A DNA stretch of 63,827 bases, the filler included, from Octopus bimaculoides (Eukaryota): the NCBI RefSeq assembly GCF_001194135.2. It is 10 parts of 9 records of this genome, joined end to end, with 100 filler letters (N's around TTAATTAATTAA, not from the genome) between each part and the next. Parts side by side here need not be neighbours in the genome. Positions count along the whole stretch, not along the records: positions 13,187 to 38,828 come from NC_069001.1; 9 more parts are not named here. The stretch is one strand, 5' to 3'. Below are positions 14,198 through 27,047 of this stretch, piece after piece (positions within the stretch are counted from its first letter, which is position 1; each line of letters begins with the position of its first letter). The notes under the pieces were generated by a model. It worked only from the letters and a program-made list of their open reading frames with translations, searched no databases and had not been told where the DNA came from. Position numbers and translations under genes: made by a program.

Positions 14198-15345
14198 NNN
14201 NNNNNNNNNNNNNNNNNNNNNNNNNNNNNNNNNNNNNNNNNNNNNNNNNNNNNNNNNNNNNNNNNNNNNNNNNNNNNNNNNNNNNNNNNNNNNNNNNNNN
14301 NNNNNNNNNNNNNNNNNNNNNNNNNNNNNNNNNNNNNNNNNNNNNNNNNNNNNNNNNNNNNNNNNNNNNNNNNNNNNNNNNNNNNNNNNNNNNNNNNNNN
14401 NNNNNNNNNNNNNNNNNNNNNNNNNNNNNNNNNNNNNNNNNNNNNNNNNNNNNNNNNNNNNNNNNNNNNNNNNNNNNNNNNNNNNNNNNNNNNNNNNNNN
14501 NNNNNNNNNNNNNNNNNNNNNNNNNNNNNNNNNNNNNNNNNNNNNNNNNNNNNNNNNNNNNNNNNNNNNNNNNNNNNNNNNNNNNNNNNNNNNNNNNNNN
14601 NNNNNNNNNNNNNNNNNNNNNNNNNNNNNNNNNNNNNNNNNNNNNNNNNNNNNNNNNNNNNNNNNNAGCTGCTTCACCCCTTGTGTTGTCTCTGTGTCAT
14701 CCAATACAGAAAGAACTGGGGCACTGTGGAGCTGGAGGCACACAGCAAATGAAACGGGAGACACAGAAAAAGAAAAAGAAATAAAGAAAGAGGGTGACTG
14801 ACTTCTTAAAGATTTTCTGCCCTGGAAATGTTTCTCTCATGTAATTGTAATGTTGTTGTTGTTGTCATTGTGAGGGGAATTAAAACAAAGTTTGTTAATT
14901 ATTAATTAACAATCATCTTCATTTTGTCTCTCCTTGTTTGTCCAACACACACACTCATACACATATAAATGCGCGCACACACGCACATTCGTACATGCAC
15001 ACACAAAAACACATACACTCTTACACGTACACACACACACACACACACACTCATTAACGCGCACATTTGTACACACAGACACAGACTGTTACACAGATCA
15101 CTCTCTGACATACATTCATTCGCACATACTCATTAACGCACACATACATTTGTACACACATTCATACATACACTCATGCACTCACTCTCACACACACATA
15201 CACACACGCACGCACACCAATCATATAAACTCAACATCTTACAAGACAAAATAGATTCTCCTCCCACCACCACCACCACCACCACCACCACGTAACAACA
15301 TTGGTTGTCAAGCAGAAGTGGGGGGACAAACAGACAGAAACACAT

Positions 15346-15390
15346 ACAGTAATCCCTATCGCGGGTGTTATGTTCCACCCCCACTCCTAA
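15346..15390. mobile_element. Terminal fragment of a Tigger/pogo-like MITE
   Basis: TA-CAGTAATCCCT-ATCGCGGGTGTTATGTTCCACCCC; shares CAGTAATCCCT with the 27001-27036 end and matches the reverse complement of 53455-53480. Confidence 0.55.
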
Positions 15391-17522
15391 CCACACACAC
15401 AATTGGTGAAAATCCACAAAGTAGAAATAGTACTGTATTATATTTTTACTATTATTTTTATAATTTGTATATATTTATTTTATTATAAATGCAAAACAAC
15501 ACTAATAAANNNNNNNNNNNNNNNNNNNNNNNNNNNNNNNNNNNNNNNNNNNNNNNNNNNNNNNNNNNNNNNNNNNNNNNNNNNNNNNNNNNNNNNNNNN
15601 NNNNNNNNNNNNNNNNNNNNNNNNNNNNNNNNNNNNNNNNNNNNNNNNNNNNNNNNNNNNNNNNNNNNNNNNNNNNNNNNNNNNNNNNNNNNNNNNNNNN
15701 NNNNNNNNNNNNNNNNNNNNNNNNNNNNNNNNNNNNNNNNNNNNNNNNNNNNNNNNNNNNNNNNNNNNNNNNNNNNNNNNNNNNNNNNNNNNNNNNNNNN
15801 NNNNNNNNNNNNNNNNNNNNNNNNNNNNNNNNNNNNNNNNNNNNNNNNNNNNNNNNNNNNNNNNNNNNNNNNNNNNNNNNNNNNNNNNNNNNNNNNNNNN
15901 NNNNNNNNNNNNNNNNNNNNNNNNNNNNNNNNNNNNNNNNNNNNNNNNNNNNNNNNNNNNNNNNNNNNNNNNNNNNNNNNNNNNNNNNNNNNNNATATAT
16001 ATATATATATATATATATAAAACCCTTTTTCTCCCCCTCCCTCTTTCACCGTTTTCTATCTGTCTGTCTGTCTCTCTCTGTCCCACTTTCTCTGTGTTAT
16101 ATATTGTGTTAATAAACACAATATATGCTTTTATGTGCTATTGTTAGTTTCATGTGCTGAGAACATGTCAAACATTGTTTTATAACATGTCTGGTGTCTC
16201 AGCACACTCATCAGACACTGCCCACATAACGAACTAGAAAATAATATATATATATATATACAATTGGCTTCTTTCAGTTTCCATCTACCAGTTCACTCAC
16301 AAAGCTTTGTGCAAGTGTGTATGTATAGGCTTAAGTGTGTGTGTGTATGTATATACCAACATTCATGTATATACATTCATATACACATATAGAACAGACC
16401 ATCTTTTGGTGAGTAAACTTTTTCCCCCTATACATGATATCATATCTCTTTTACTGTTAGTTAAATATGAGCTTCTATGTTTCTTATTTACTTTTCAATT
16501 TAACTTCACGAATTCAGCTTAATTTATATAAAGAACAGACAGATGCGATAACAAATGCTAGTAATTATTATACTATTGCCCAATCTACATAGTTTTAATT
16601 CAACTTTGCAAATTTAAATTAATTGATATAAGTAAGAATGATAAAGATGGATGTGATAACGGGTGTAAAATCATTAAACTATTGGCCTGGCTAATATATA
16701 TAATTAATCAGTAAATTTTCACCTTGACTGTTAACAAACTTCTGTCTTTTGGTCAACAACAACAACAATTTAATCAATCTTCTCTCTTTTACTTGTTCAG
16801 CCAATTGGACTGTGGCCAAGCTGGGGCAGCACTTTGCAGAGTGTTTTAGTCAGAAAACAAAAAAAAAAAAAAATTGCCTGGTTTAAAAAAATAAGTAGTA
16901 GGGATGGGTGGGTTCGATTTGTTTAGCTTAAAACCCTTAAAGCCCTGGAGATGTAGTAGAAAAAAAAACACTTTTGCCATGATGTCCATGCAATTGGAAT
17001 TGAACCTGAAACCACATAGTTGCAAAGCGAACCTCTTAACCACACAACTGTGCCTACAACTAAGTCAAAAGGTGCAGGGTGGTGGTGGTGGTGGNNNNNN
17101 NNNNNNNNNNNNNNNNNNNNNNNNNNNNNNNNNNNNNNNNNNNNNNNNNNNNNNNNNNNNNNNNNNNNNNNNNNNNNNNNNNNNNNNNNNNNNNNNNNNN
17201 NNNNNNNNNNNNNNNNNNNNNNNNNNNNNNNNNNNNNNNNNNNNNNNNNNNNNNNNNNNNNNNNNNNNNNNNNNNNNNNNNNNNNNNNNNNNNNNNNNNN
17301 NNNNNNNNNNNNNNNNNNNNNNNNNNNNNNNNNNNNNNNNNNNNNNNNNNNNNNNNNNNNNNNNNNNNNNNNNNNNNNNNNNNNNNNNNNNNNNNNNNNN
17401 NNNNNNNNNNNNTCTCTCTCTCTCTGTTTCAGTTATTTTATTTTTACACTGTTTGTTTTTCTCCTCTCAACCCTCCAGTCACCCCCGCCCTGTCTCTTCT
17501 TTGTTTCAGTCCCCCTCCCCTG

Positions 17523-17556
<34 letters not shown>

Positions 17557-17619
17557 GCACCCCCTACAAGACATCCGGACAGCTGAATATAAAACCCTAG
17601 CATGACACTCAACCTCTTA

Positions 17620-18022
17620 ACTCTCCCTCTCTCTCATTCTCTTTTTCTCTCTCATTTTCTTTCTCTCTCTCACTCTCTTCATCTCTCGTTCTCTCTCTCT
17701 GTTTCCTCTCTCTCCCACCATCTCTCACTCCCTTGTTCTCTCTCTTCCTCTCTCTCATTCTCTCTTTCCCTCCATCTCTCTCACTCTCTTGTTCTCTCTC
17801 TCTCCTTTTCTTCATCTCTCCCTTGTTCTCTCACTCTCCATCTCTTTGTCTCTTTCTCTCATTTTCTCTTTCCCTCCATCTCTCTCACTCTCGTTCTCTT
17901 TTTCTCTCCCTCCATCTCTCTCACTTTCTTGTTCTCTCTCTCTCTCACTCTCACTCTCTTCATCTCTTGTTCTCTCACTCTCTATCGCTCTTTTTCTCCC
18001 TCTTCATCTCTCCCTCTCTCCC
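17620..18022. repeat. Degenerate CT-rich tract
   Basis: About 400 bp of almost pure pyrimidine with cryptic repeats. Confidence 0.9.
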
Positions 18023-18392
18023 CATGTGTCATACTTCCAGAAAAAGAATTGTTATTTTAAAAGTCTTACCTTCTGCCCAACCTCACCCCTAACCATGCTC
18101 AGCAAACAACAAAAAAAAAAGACAAAAATAGAGAAACAGGAAGGGACAGGCAGGGGAGGGATCAATAGATCAATATATAGTACACAGCTCCTTAATACTT
18201 TGTGTAAATAAGGGCCCCGGCTTTATTTAGCATCTACGTTCCTTATGATCCCTTTATTCAGCAAGTTAATCTCTCAAATTATCTAGCTTCTACTTGTTTC
18301 TGTCACTGGACTGTAGCCATGCTGGGGCACTGCCATGAAGGGTCAGAGTTTTCTATCCTCAGGAACTCGACTGAGGATAGAAAACTCCGAAT

Positions 18393-18513
18393 GAGTTTAC
18401 CTTTCATCCTTTCAGGGTTGGTAAATTAAGCATCAGTACTGGGGTCAAAATAATTGACTTAACCCCTCCCCGCAAATTTCAGGCCCTGTGCCTATAGCAG
18501 AAAGGATTATTAC

Positions 18514-18542
<29 letters not shown>
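18393..18542 (+). mobile_element. SINE family C 3' half (tail variant 2, (ATT)n tail)
   Basis: CCTTTCATCCTTTCAGGGTTGGTAAATTAAG core followed by CCCCTCCCCGCAAATTTCAGGCCCTGTGCC and (ATT)n. Confidence 0.75.
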
Positions 18543-18546
<4 letters not shown>

Positions 18547-18785
18547 CCAGTTCTGAGCATACACTTGTGAAAAATCAAAGGAGAAGGGCTCTTGCCCTGT
18601 TGATCAGGCACCCACGGCTTTTGCAGGTTTTTCCACAAGGACCTTTAAAGTGCCACCCCTATTGGGAGTTTTACACTGTTTACTCGTTGAAAACCCTTTG
18701 TCTCGTCTTGTGTTGTGGTTTATGTTGTTGCATGTCCTTTAATGTTGCTTTTCGTAGGCTCTTGTGACTAATAAAAGAATTAATT
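18543..18785 (+). mobile_element. 5'-truncated LINE 3' end embedded in (ATT)n (clade uncertain, possibly L1/Tx1)
   Basis: Ends AATAAAAGAATT followed by (ATT)n and is preceded by (ATT)n; short ORF end PVLSIHL*; terminal segment resembles SINE C tail variant 1. Confidence 0.45.
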
Positions 18786-19294
18786 ATTATTATTATTATT
18801 ATTATTGTTATTATTATTATTATTATTATATATCTAAGCTCAGTCTATGATGGAAGGGCAACGGTAGCTCTGACCTTTTGATAGGGCCTCTGAGACTGGC
18901 AAAAGAAACTAGAGTCTTCGGTCTTAACACCTAAACAGCAAACTGGACTCTGCTAACGGATTAACAATTAAATTCCCTCATCACCCCCACCACTACCACT
19001 ATCTTTCCAATCTAGCAGAAGAATATTTATTTATTTATTTATTTATTTTCTTTATTTACTTATCCAATAACTCTTCACCATCCAGCCCCTAGTTAATTGT
19101 GGAATCTGACCCTTGAAATCACTCAGGCATTCAATCCATCCAACCTCTGGATTTCCTGTTCAAATTTATGGCAAATAATGAAGACAATGCAAGCTTGTGC
19201 CAGGCTGGTGTCCCTTTGCATTGTCTGCAGGTGTGTGGGTGGGTGGGTGTGAAGGCAGTGCTGTGTGATTATATATAAATAGGGAGACATACGT

Positions 19295-19337
<43 letters not shown>

Positions 19338-19696
19338 CATTTATACACACATACACATACATATATGCATACCTGCATATAAATGTACATATATATATAC
19401 ATANNNNNNNNNNNNNNNNNNNNNNNNNNNNNNNNNNNNNNNNNNNNNNNNNNNNNNNNNNNNNNNNNNNNNNNNNNNNNNNNNNNNNNNNNNNNNNNNN
19501 NNNNNNNNNNNNNNNNNNNNNNNNNNNNNNNNNNNNNNNNNNNNNNNNNNNNNNNNNNNNNNNNNNNNNNNNNNNNNNNNNNNNNNNNNNNNNNNNNNNN
19601 NNNNNNNNNNNNNNNNNNNNNNNNNNNNNNNNNNNNNNNNNNNNNNNNNNNNNNNNNNNNNNNNNNNNNNNNNNNNNNNNNNNNNNNNNNNNNNNN

Positions 19697-19738
<42 letters not shown>

Positions 19739-20079
19739 GTATATATATACACATGCATATATTATATATATACATACATGCATGCATACATACATACATA
19801 CAACATGTGTGTGTGTGTCTGTGTGTGTGTGTGTGTGCATATGTATGCGTACGTACATATACATACACACATATATGTGTGCATACACACACACACACAC
19901 ACAACCTTCCTCACATGGCATGGTGTCCTGTGACAATAGAGAAAATCTGTTTACATTCTCATTTCCCACACAGCACAGTTTCCATTGGGATTTATAATCG
20001 CCGAAGAAAACACCACCAGCACCTCACATCACTTCATGATTATAACCATTACCACAATCTCTAAACTCACAACACTGCA

Positions 20080-20720
20080 ACTATGACCACCGCAACACAA
20101 CACCACAATCATCATCGCTACCACTACCAAGTCACAACAGCATTATTATCATCATTACTACCACAACCTCACAACAGCACAATTATCAATGCTAACACTA
20201 CTGCCTAACAACTGCACTTTTACTACCACTGTCACCACCATCTCACAACAATACTATTACCAACACTACCACAACAATACTATTACCAACACTACCACAA
20301 CCAACTCACAACAGTACTATTATGAACACTATCATCACAACAGCACAATTACCAACATTAACACTATTGCCTAACAATGGCACATTTACCACTACTACCA
20401 CTACCATCTCACAACAGCACAATTATCACCACTACCACAGTCAACTCACAACAGTACTATTACCACCACTGCCACCACCATCTCACAACAGCACAATTAT
20501 TGCTACTATCACAACCAGCTAACAACAGTACTATTACCACCACTACCACAACAACCTCACAACAGCACAATTAATACTCTTATCACCATTACAACTTCAC
20601 AAGAGCACAATTACCAGTACTACCTCACAACAGCACAATTGTTAACACCCTCATCATCTCACAACAGTGCACTCCCTACTACCACAACCACCACCACCTC
20701 ACAACCGTACAATTACCACT
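20080..20720. repeat. Cryptic tandem repeat with recurring CTCACAACAGCACAATTA motif
   Basis: About a dozen degenerate copies in an ACC/ACA-rich matrix; reading frames are broken. Confidence 0.75.
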
Positions 20721-21138
20721 AACACCACCACCATGACCATCAACACACACCATCCTTCAAGTTGCCATCAGCATCACATCTAACTCCCACCCCCACCACT
20801 ACCAATACCACCATGACCATAGCCCCTAACAGACCACAACCACTACTACTGCTAATAAAACTATTGCTGATCTTATCAGCTGTTACCTCCCTTTCTCTAG
20901 ACCATTATCACTTCACCCTCTACCTACCACAACCACCACATGTCTTCTCAGTTGTCAATAGAAACCTATTGTCCCCACCCATCTGATCAACCCCACCCCT
21001 TCCCTTTCTTCAGAGACACAGCTCACAGTAGCCTCATTCCTTTTCTCCTCCCCCTCCTCTTTCTCCTACTGCTGAACTAAAAGATCCCCAGGATGTCATC
21101 ACAATACCAAATGAGCAAAGAAACATGGTTGGCACACA

Positions 21139-21170
<32 letters not shown>

Positions 21171-21199
21171 NNNNNNNNNNGAAACATGGTTGGCACACA

Positions 21200-21234
<35 letters not shown>

Positions 21235-22118
21235 TCTATCTATTTATATCTTTTACTTATTTCAATCATGAGACTGTGGTCATGCTGGGGCATGCCTTGC
21301 AGAATTTTATACATAGCATACTTTATATGCATACATATATGTATATATATTCTTTTTTATTTGTTTCAGTCATTTGACTGCAGCCATCCTGGAGCACCGC
21401 CTTTAGTCGAGCAAATCGACCCCAGGACTTATATATAGTACACTATGTGTGTGTGTGTGTGTATGTGTATATATATATAGTATACTTTGTGTATGTGTGT
21501 GCATATATATATATATATATATAATCATAAATATATAGGGATTGACAGTAACCTGCTTCTCCAACATACTGAGAATTCAGAAATAGCAGTCAAAGAACTA
21601 CTGATTTCAAAACTACAAATTATTACTCCAGATTTTGAACTTACTGGCTGATAAATTTCTTAACGTCTTCCTCACGTGGTATTGATGTTCACATGGTCAA
21701 AATTAACGTGAGTTATTTAGACATTAACAAATTTATTAGAATATTTAGCTGAAGATCAGAATAGAGTATTATTTACTCTTNNNNNNNNNNNNNNNNNNNN
21801 NNNNNNNNNNNNNNNNNNNNNNNNNNNNNNNNNNNNNNNNNNNNNNNNNNNNNNNNNNNNNNNNNNNNNNNNNNNNNNNNNNGTAATAAAATTAATAATT
21901 AACAATTTTGCCGGGTAGCTCAGTATGAAAAAACCTTTTCGGTAAAAACCATTTATAATCATAAATATATAGGGATTGACAGTAACCTCTGTCAATCCCT
22001 ATATATTTATGATTATATATATATTATATATATATATAATATACATATGTATGTATGTATATCTATATAATACATATAGTAGATAGTAGTGGTGATGGTA
22101 GTAGCAGTGGTGGTTTTG

Positions 22119-22166
<48 letters not shown>

Positions 22167-22489
22167 AACTGTCAGTGAGAAGGTGTCTCTGGACTGTCGT
22201 AAGTTAATTACCAGAGGCTTAAACAGCTCACGTTGTTTTGTTTGGAGACAATCCATGAAGGAAATCCATACAAGCAGAAATAGCTCCTTAACTGATATAC
22301 ATGGTAAAAGGCATACACATCACAACATCACACTGACCCAGCTGCATCTCCATGTTGTATGAATCCGTATTTCGTATCGAGAAAAGAACATTCTCAGAAA
22401 TGGAACATTCTCAATATTAATGAAGATGTTTGTCTCAAGAAATGGTGAAGGATTCTGAATTTCTGTTAACTATTAAGAAATAGTAAGTA

Positions 22490-23092
22490 TGGACTGTTGA
22501 ACTGCCTAGCAACAGTGATGCTGGAAAGCTGAACTATCTAGCAACAAAGACTACATACAGGCTGCTAGATTACCTAGCAACAATGATATGGACCACTTAG
22601 CAACAGTGACTACATGCACTACCTAACAAGAGTAACTATGGACTGATTGCTTAGCAACAGAAACTATGGACTGATGGATTGCCTAGCAACAGTAATTATA
22701 GACTGATGGACCACCTAGCAACAGTAACTAAGGGCTCATGGACTACCCCACAACAGTAACTATGGACTGATGATCTAGCTAGCAACAGTAACTATAGACT
22801 TGTAGGTTTACATAGCAACAATAACTATAGACTGATATGCTTACCTATCGACAGTAACTATGAACTGATGGACCACCTAGCAACAGTAACTAAGGACTGA
22901 TGAATGGCTTAGTAACAGAAACAGTAGGCTGATAGATTACCTAGCAACAGAAACAGTAGACTAACAGGCAACATAGCAACAGCAACTATAGACTGATGTG
23001 CTACATAGCAACAGTAACTAAACACACGTTGCAACCAAGTAACTGTTACTATGGCTACAGACTGATATACTATCTAGCAACAGTAACTATTC
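22490..23092. repeat. ~32-bp minisatellite, about 19-20 degenerate units (CTAGCAACAGTAACTATGGACTGATGGACCAC)
   Basis: 14 TAGCAAC cores counted at ~32-bp spacing. Confidence 0.92.
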
Positions 23093-23422
23093 ACAACAAA
23101 AGGGACTCTAAGCCAACTGCAATCTCTGTGGCACTACCCCCTCCTCCCACCATACATCACTATATATATTCTTGTTGGGGGAGAGATTAGGCACAGACAA
23201 GCATTTATTGTTGACAAAGTTATGTCGTTATCACATGGCGTTTCAGTTACACACATAACATCATCTTATCAGATGTCGTGGATGTAGAATAGCCATGTCT
23301 CTTGTGTATACATGCATGTGTGTANNNNNNNNNNTGTACATATATAGATAATACATATAGACACACAAACACATATATAAATATACACATACAACATATA
23401 CATATATATATACATACAATGT

Positions 23423-23450
<28 letters not shown>

Positions 23451-23453
<3 letters not shown>

Positions 23454-23704
23454 TTGTTATTATGTTGAACTGTCATATGTCCAAATTTGGCCAAATGCAA
23501 TTTTTTGCAATATTTATTTTTGCTTGCAATAACCAGTTGTTTAGGTCAAACTATCGTATCTCCAGCTGCTCCAAATGCGAAAATATCAAAAATTGTCCAA
23601 GTGTAGTACAACGGTTTTGCTATAGAATGGTGAAACTATTTTTATGTTTTCTGGAAAAAAAACAACATTTTGGACTTACAAAACTTTTTGCATAATAGCA
23701 AAGA
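23451..23704. mobile_element. MITE-like element with ~14-bp imperfect TIRs next to (TA)n
   Basis: Left TCGTTGTTATTATG, right reverse complement TCTTTGCTATTATG; a second copy of the right half lies at 61588-61714. Confidence 0.65.
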
Positions 23705-24470
23705 ATTATGCAAATATATACACACACACACACAAATACATATATACACACACATACACATACAAATATATATATATACATACACACACGTTAATATATA
23801 TATACATATACACACACAATAATATATATATACATATACACACACAAATACATATATATGGATATATATATATATATATATAAATGTATAAATGCATATA
23901 TAAGCAGATATACACATGTGCATATGTTCACACACACACACACATATATGCATAGACACACACACACACACACGTTGCAAAGTAAACTGCGGAAGGTTAA
24001 AATGATCCAATTTCTGTTCAAAATGGCTTAAATTCTAACTTCCTATTTTTGTGACAGTAAATAAAAAAAACACAGACATTGATGCTTGTCTAAAATGAAA
24101 AATGACAATTAATAATTAATTAATAACAGTTGATTAATAAGGATAGCTGGAAAAATAAGAATAATTCAATGAACTCTCCACATCAAATTTGGTTTGAATA
24201 AAGAAATATTTGTTTTGTTATGAGCTTTTCATCAATACTATTAGTTATACTGGCTGTTAAGTGGTGGACTGGTAGAATCGGTAGAGCATCTAATTTTGTC
24301 TTTCTGTTACCATGTATGGCTTAGTAACAAATGTATCACTGCTGCTGCTACTGTTGTTGTTGCAGTCACTATTTCATTTGATCCAAACTAAATATATATT
24401 TAGTTCTATAAATCAATTTGCGTAAACATATTATTTATACATTGGTCTTTGTGTACTTACATAATACTCC

Positions 24471-24760
24471 ACTGGCTGTGTACGGCCATGTAGCCATCTA
24501 CATAACACACTTCTAGGTGTGTATGGCCATGTGGCCATTTGAATTCTCTACTAGCTGTGTATGGCCATGTAGTCATCTACATTCTCTAATGGCTGTGTAT
24601 AGCCATGTAGCCATCTACATAATGCCCGACTGGCTGTGTATGGCCATGTAGCCATCTACATTCTCTACTGGCTGTATATGGCCATGTAGCCAGCTACACA
24701 ACTCTTTACTGATTGTGTATGGCCATGTAGCCATCTACATAATGCTCTACTGGCTGTGTG
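24471..24760. repeat. ~40-bp minisatellite, about 7.5 units (TGGCTGTGTATGGCCATGTAGCCATCTACAT...)
   Basis: Units directly visible. Confidence 0.92.
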
Positions 24761-26407
24761 TGTCCCAAATACCCTGTCCTGCTTATTGTACATCTGTGTA
24801 CCTACATATGCATTTTTCTTACTCTGTACCAACGTACCCCTGTTATCAACAACAGAACACAAAGCTAATATCTCTGTGACCATTGTTCTATTATACGTCA
24901 GGTTCCAGTAAAAGGATGTGTACATGCGTGAGCATCTGTGTGTTTGTGTGTATGTGTTTGCATGAGCAAGTGTATGTGTGTGTATGTTTGAATTCAATTA
25001 TAGAGTAGTTTCCAGAAAGGAGGGTGTGTGTGTGTGTTTGAGTTCTATTATAAAGCAAGTTCCAGGAAGAAGGATGTGAATGTGTGTGTGTGTGTGTGTG
25101 TGTGTNNNNNNNNNNNNNNNNNNNNNNNNNNNNNNNNNNNNNNNNNNNNNNNNNNNNNNNNNNNNNNNNNNNNNNNNNNNNNNNNNNNNNNNNNNNNNNN
25201 NNNNNNNNNNNNNNNNNNNNNNNNNNNNNNNNNNNNNNNNNNNNNNNNNNNNNNNNNNNNNNNNNNNNNNNNNNNNNNNNNNNNNNNNNNNNNNNNNNNN
25301 NNNNNNNNNNNNNNNNNNNNNNNNNNNNNNNNNNNNNNNNNNNNNNNNNNNNNNNNNNNNNNNNNNNNNNNNNNNNNNNNNNNNNNNNNNNNNNNNNNNN
25401 NNNNNNNNNNNNNNNNNNNNNNNNNNNNNNTGTGTAAATGGGTATGTATATGGATGCGTGTGTAGATGTCTGCATTTCTGTATGTGTATGGATGTGTGAA
25501 TGGATGTATGTGTGAATGGTTGTGTGTGTGTGTGTGTGTGTGTGTGAGTGTGAATGTTCGTGTGTGTGTGTGTGTGTGTGAATGGATGGGTGTGTGAGAA
25601 TGCCAGTGCGTGTGTATGTGTGTGTGTAAATGGATATATATACGGATGTGCGTGTAGATGTTTATATGGATGTGTGTGTGAATGGATGTGTGTGTGTGTG
25701 AATGGATGTGTGTGTGCATGCGAAAGGATGTGTCAGTGTGTGTGTGAATGGACATGTGTTATGTGAATGGATGTGCATGTGTGTGCATTTCTGGGTGTGC
25801 GTGTGTGCATTTCTGTGTGTGTGTATGTGTGTGCATGCATGCATTGCTCTATAATAAAGCACAGACCAACCATTAAAAGATGTCTGTGTCCATGTCTATG
25901 AATATAATATACATTCACACGCTTGAACAAGCCATATTGAAATTTACAATATATACATATGTGTGTATTTGTGTTTGTGCGTGTGCATGTGCACGAGTGC
26001 GTGCTTGCATGCACAATAATTCAATAGGGTTTAATCTTATTAAAAATTATTCATTTAAATTTCACAATAAAACTTTTCAGGGTCCACATCTGCTTTTCTC
26101 TCTCAATACGAAATCAATTATTAAGGGTGGATTGCTGAAATTTATATAGTCATGACTGGGTATTCTACATTTTAATTAAGGGTGGTAGAGGGTGGATTTT
26201 TAAGGTTGGTAGTCACTGCAAACTTATAATTAGAAGTGGTGCATGTATGTGTATGTAGGTGCGTGTGTGTGTGTGTGTGTGTGTGCATATGTATGTAGAT
26301 ATGTGCATGTGTGTATATATGTATGCAAACACACACATTTATGTTTACATATGCAAATACACATATGCATACAAATATACATATGCAGACAAACATGTAT
26401 GCGTGTA

Positions 26408-26439
<32 letters not shown>

Positions 26440-26457
26440 ATGTANNNNNNNNNNGTG

Positions 26458-26490
<33 letters not shown>

Positions 26491-26543
26491 TTGTATACAC
26501 GAACATGTACATATCTATCCATATATGTATAAATACAAACATA

Positions 26544-26586
<43 letters not shown>

Positions 26587-27000
26587 GCATACACATATCA
26601 GAAAAAACAAACAAAAAAGAAACAAGAGCTCAATAACATAATTGATATTTCAATAGATTCATTTCCTACATACATTTCAATATGAAGCAGGGGGTTAAAT
26701 ATAAGGACCTATGCATCTGAGGATGCAGAATTATAATGAGCTCTAACATGATTGGTCATTATGCATATGCAGCTCATTAAAATGCAGGCATGCACATGTT
26801 TGTGTGTGTGTGTGTGTGTGTGTGGACGAGCACTCGTGTCATCATCATCATCATTACTGTTTTAATGTCCACTTTGTCATGTGAGCAAGGGTTGGGTAGA
26901 ATCTATTGAAGCAGATATTCCATGGTCAGATGCTTTTCCTGTCACCAACCCTCACCTGTTTCCAAGCAAGGAATTGAAGTAAGCTTAAATAATAAACCAC

Positions 27001-27036
27001 GATAGGTGAACCGCGATATGGCGAGGGATTACTGTA
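27001..27036. mobile_element. Terminal fragment of a Tigger/pogo-like MITE
   Basis: GATAGGTGAACCGCGATATGGCGAGGGATTACTG-TA is the reverse complement of the left end at 53275-53310. Confidence 0.65.
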
Positions 27037-27047
27037 TATACCTTAGA

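Noticed and set aside
16150-16206. Possible pre-miRNA hairpin (GTGCTGAGA...TCTCAGCAC)
   Set aside because: Only ~10 contiguous pairs with large asymmetric bulges.
20080-20720. Thr/His-rich mucin-like exon
   Set aside because: Frames are repeatedly broken; better explained as a cryptic tandem repeat.
21120-21230. Direct repeat GAAACATGGTTGGCACACAGAC around a 10-N gap (similar cases at 23324, 26444, 30117)
   Set aside because: Unmerged contig overlaps, most likely assembly artefacts.
22490-24760. Minisatellites as CRISPR-like arrays
   Set aside because: Units are degenerate along their whole length, with no constant repeat and unique spacer structure; eukaryotic context and no cas genes.
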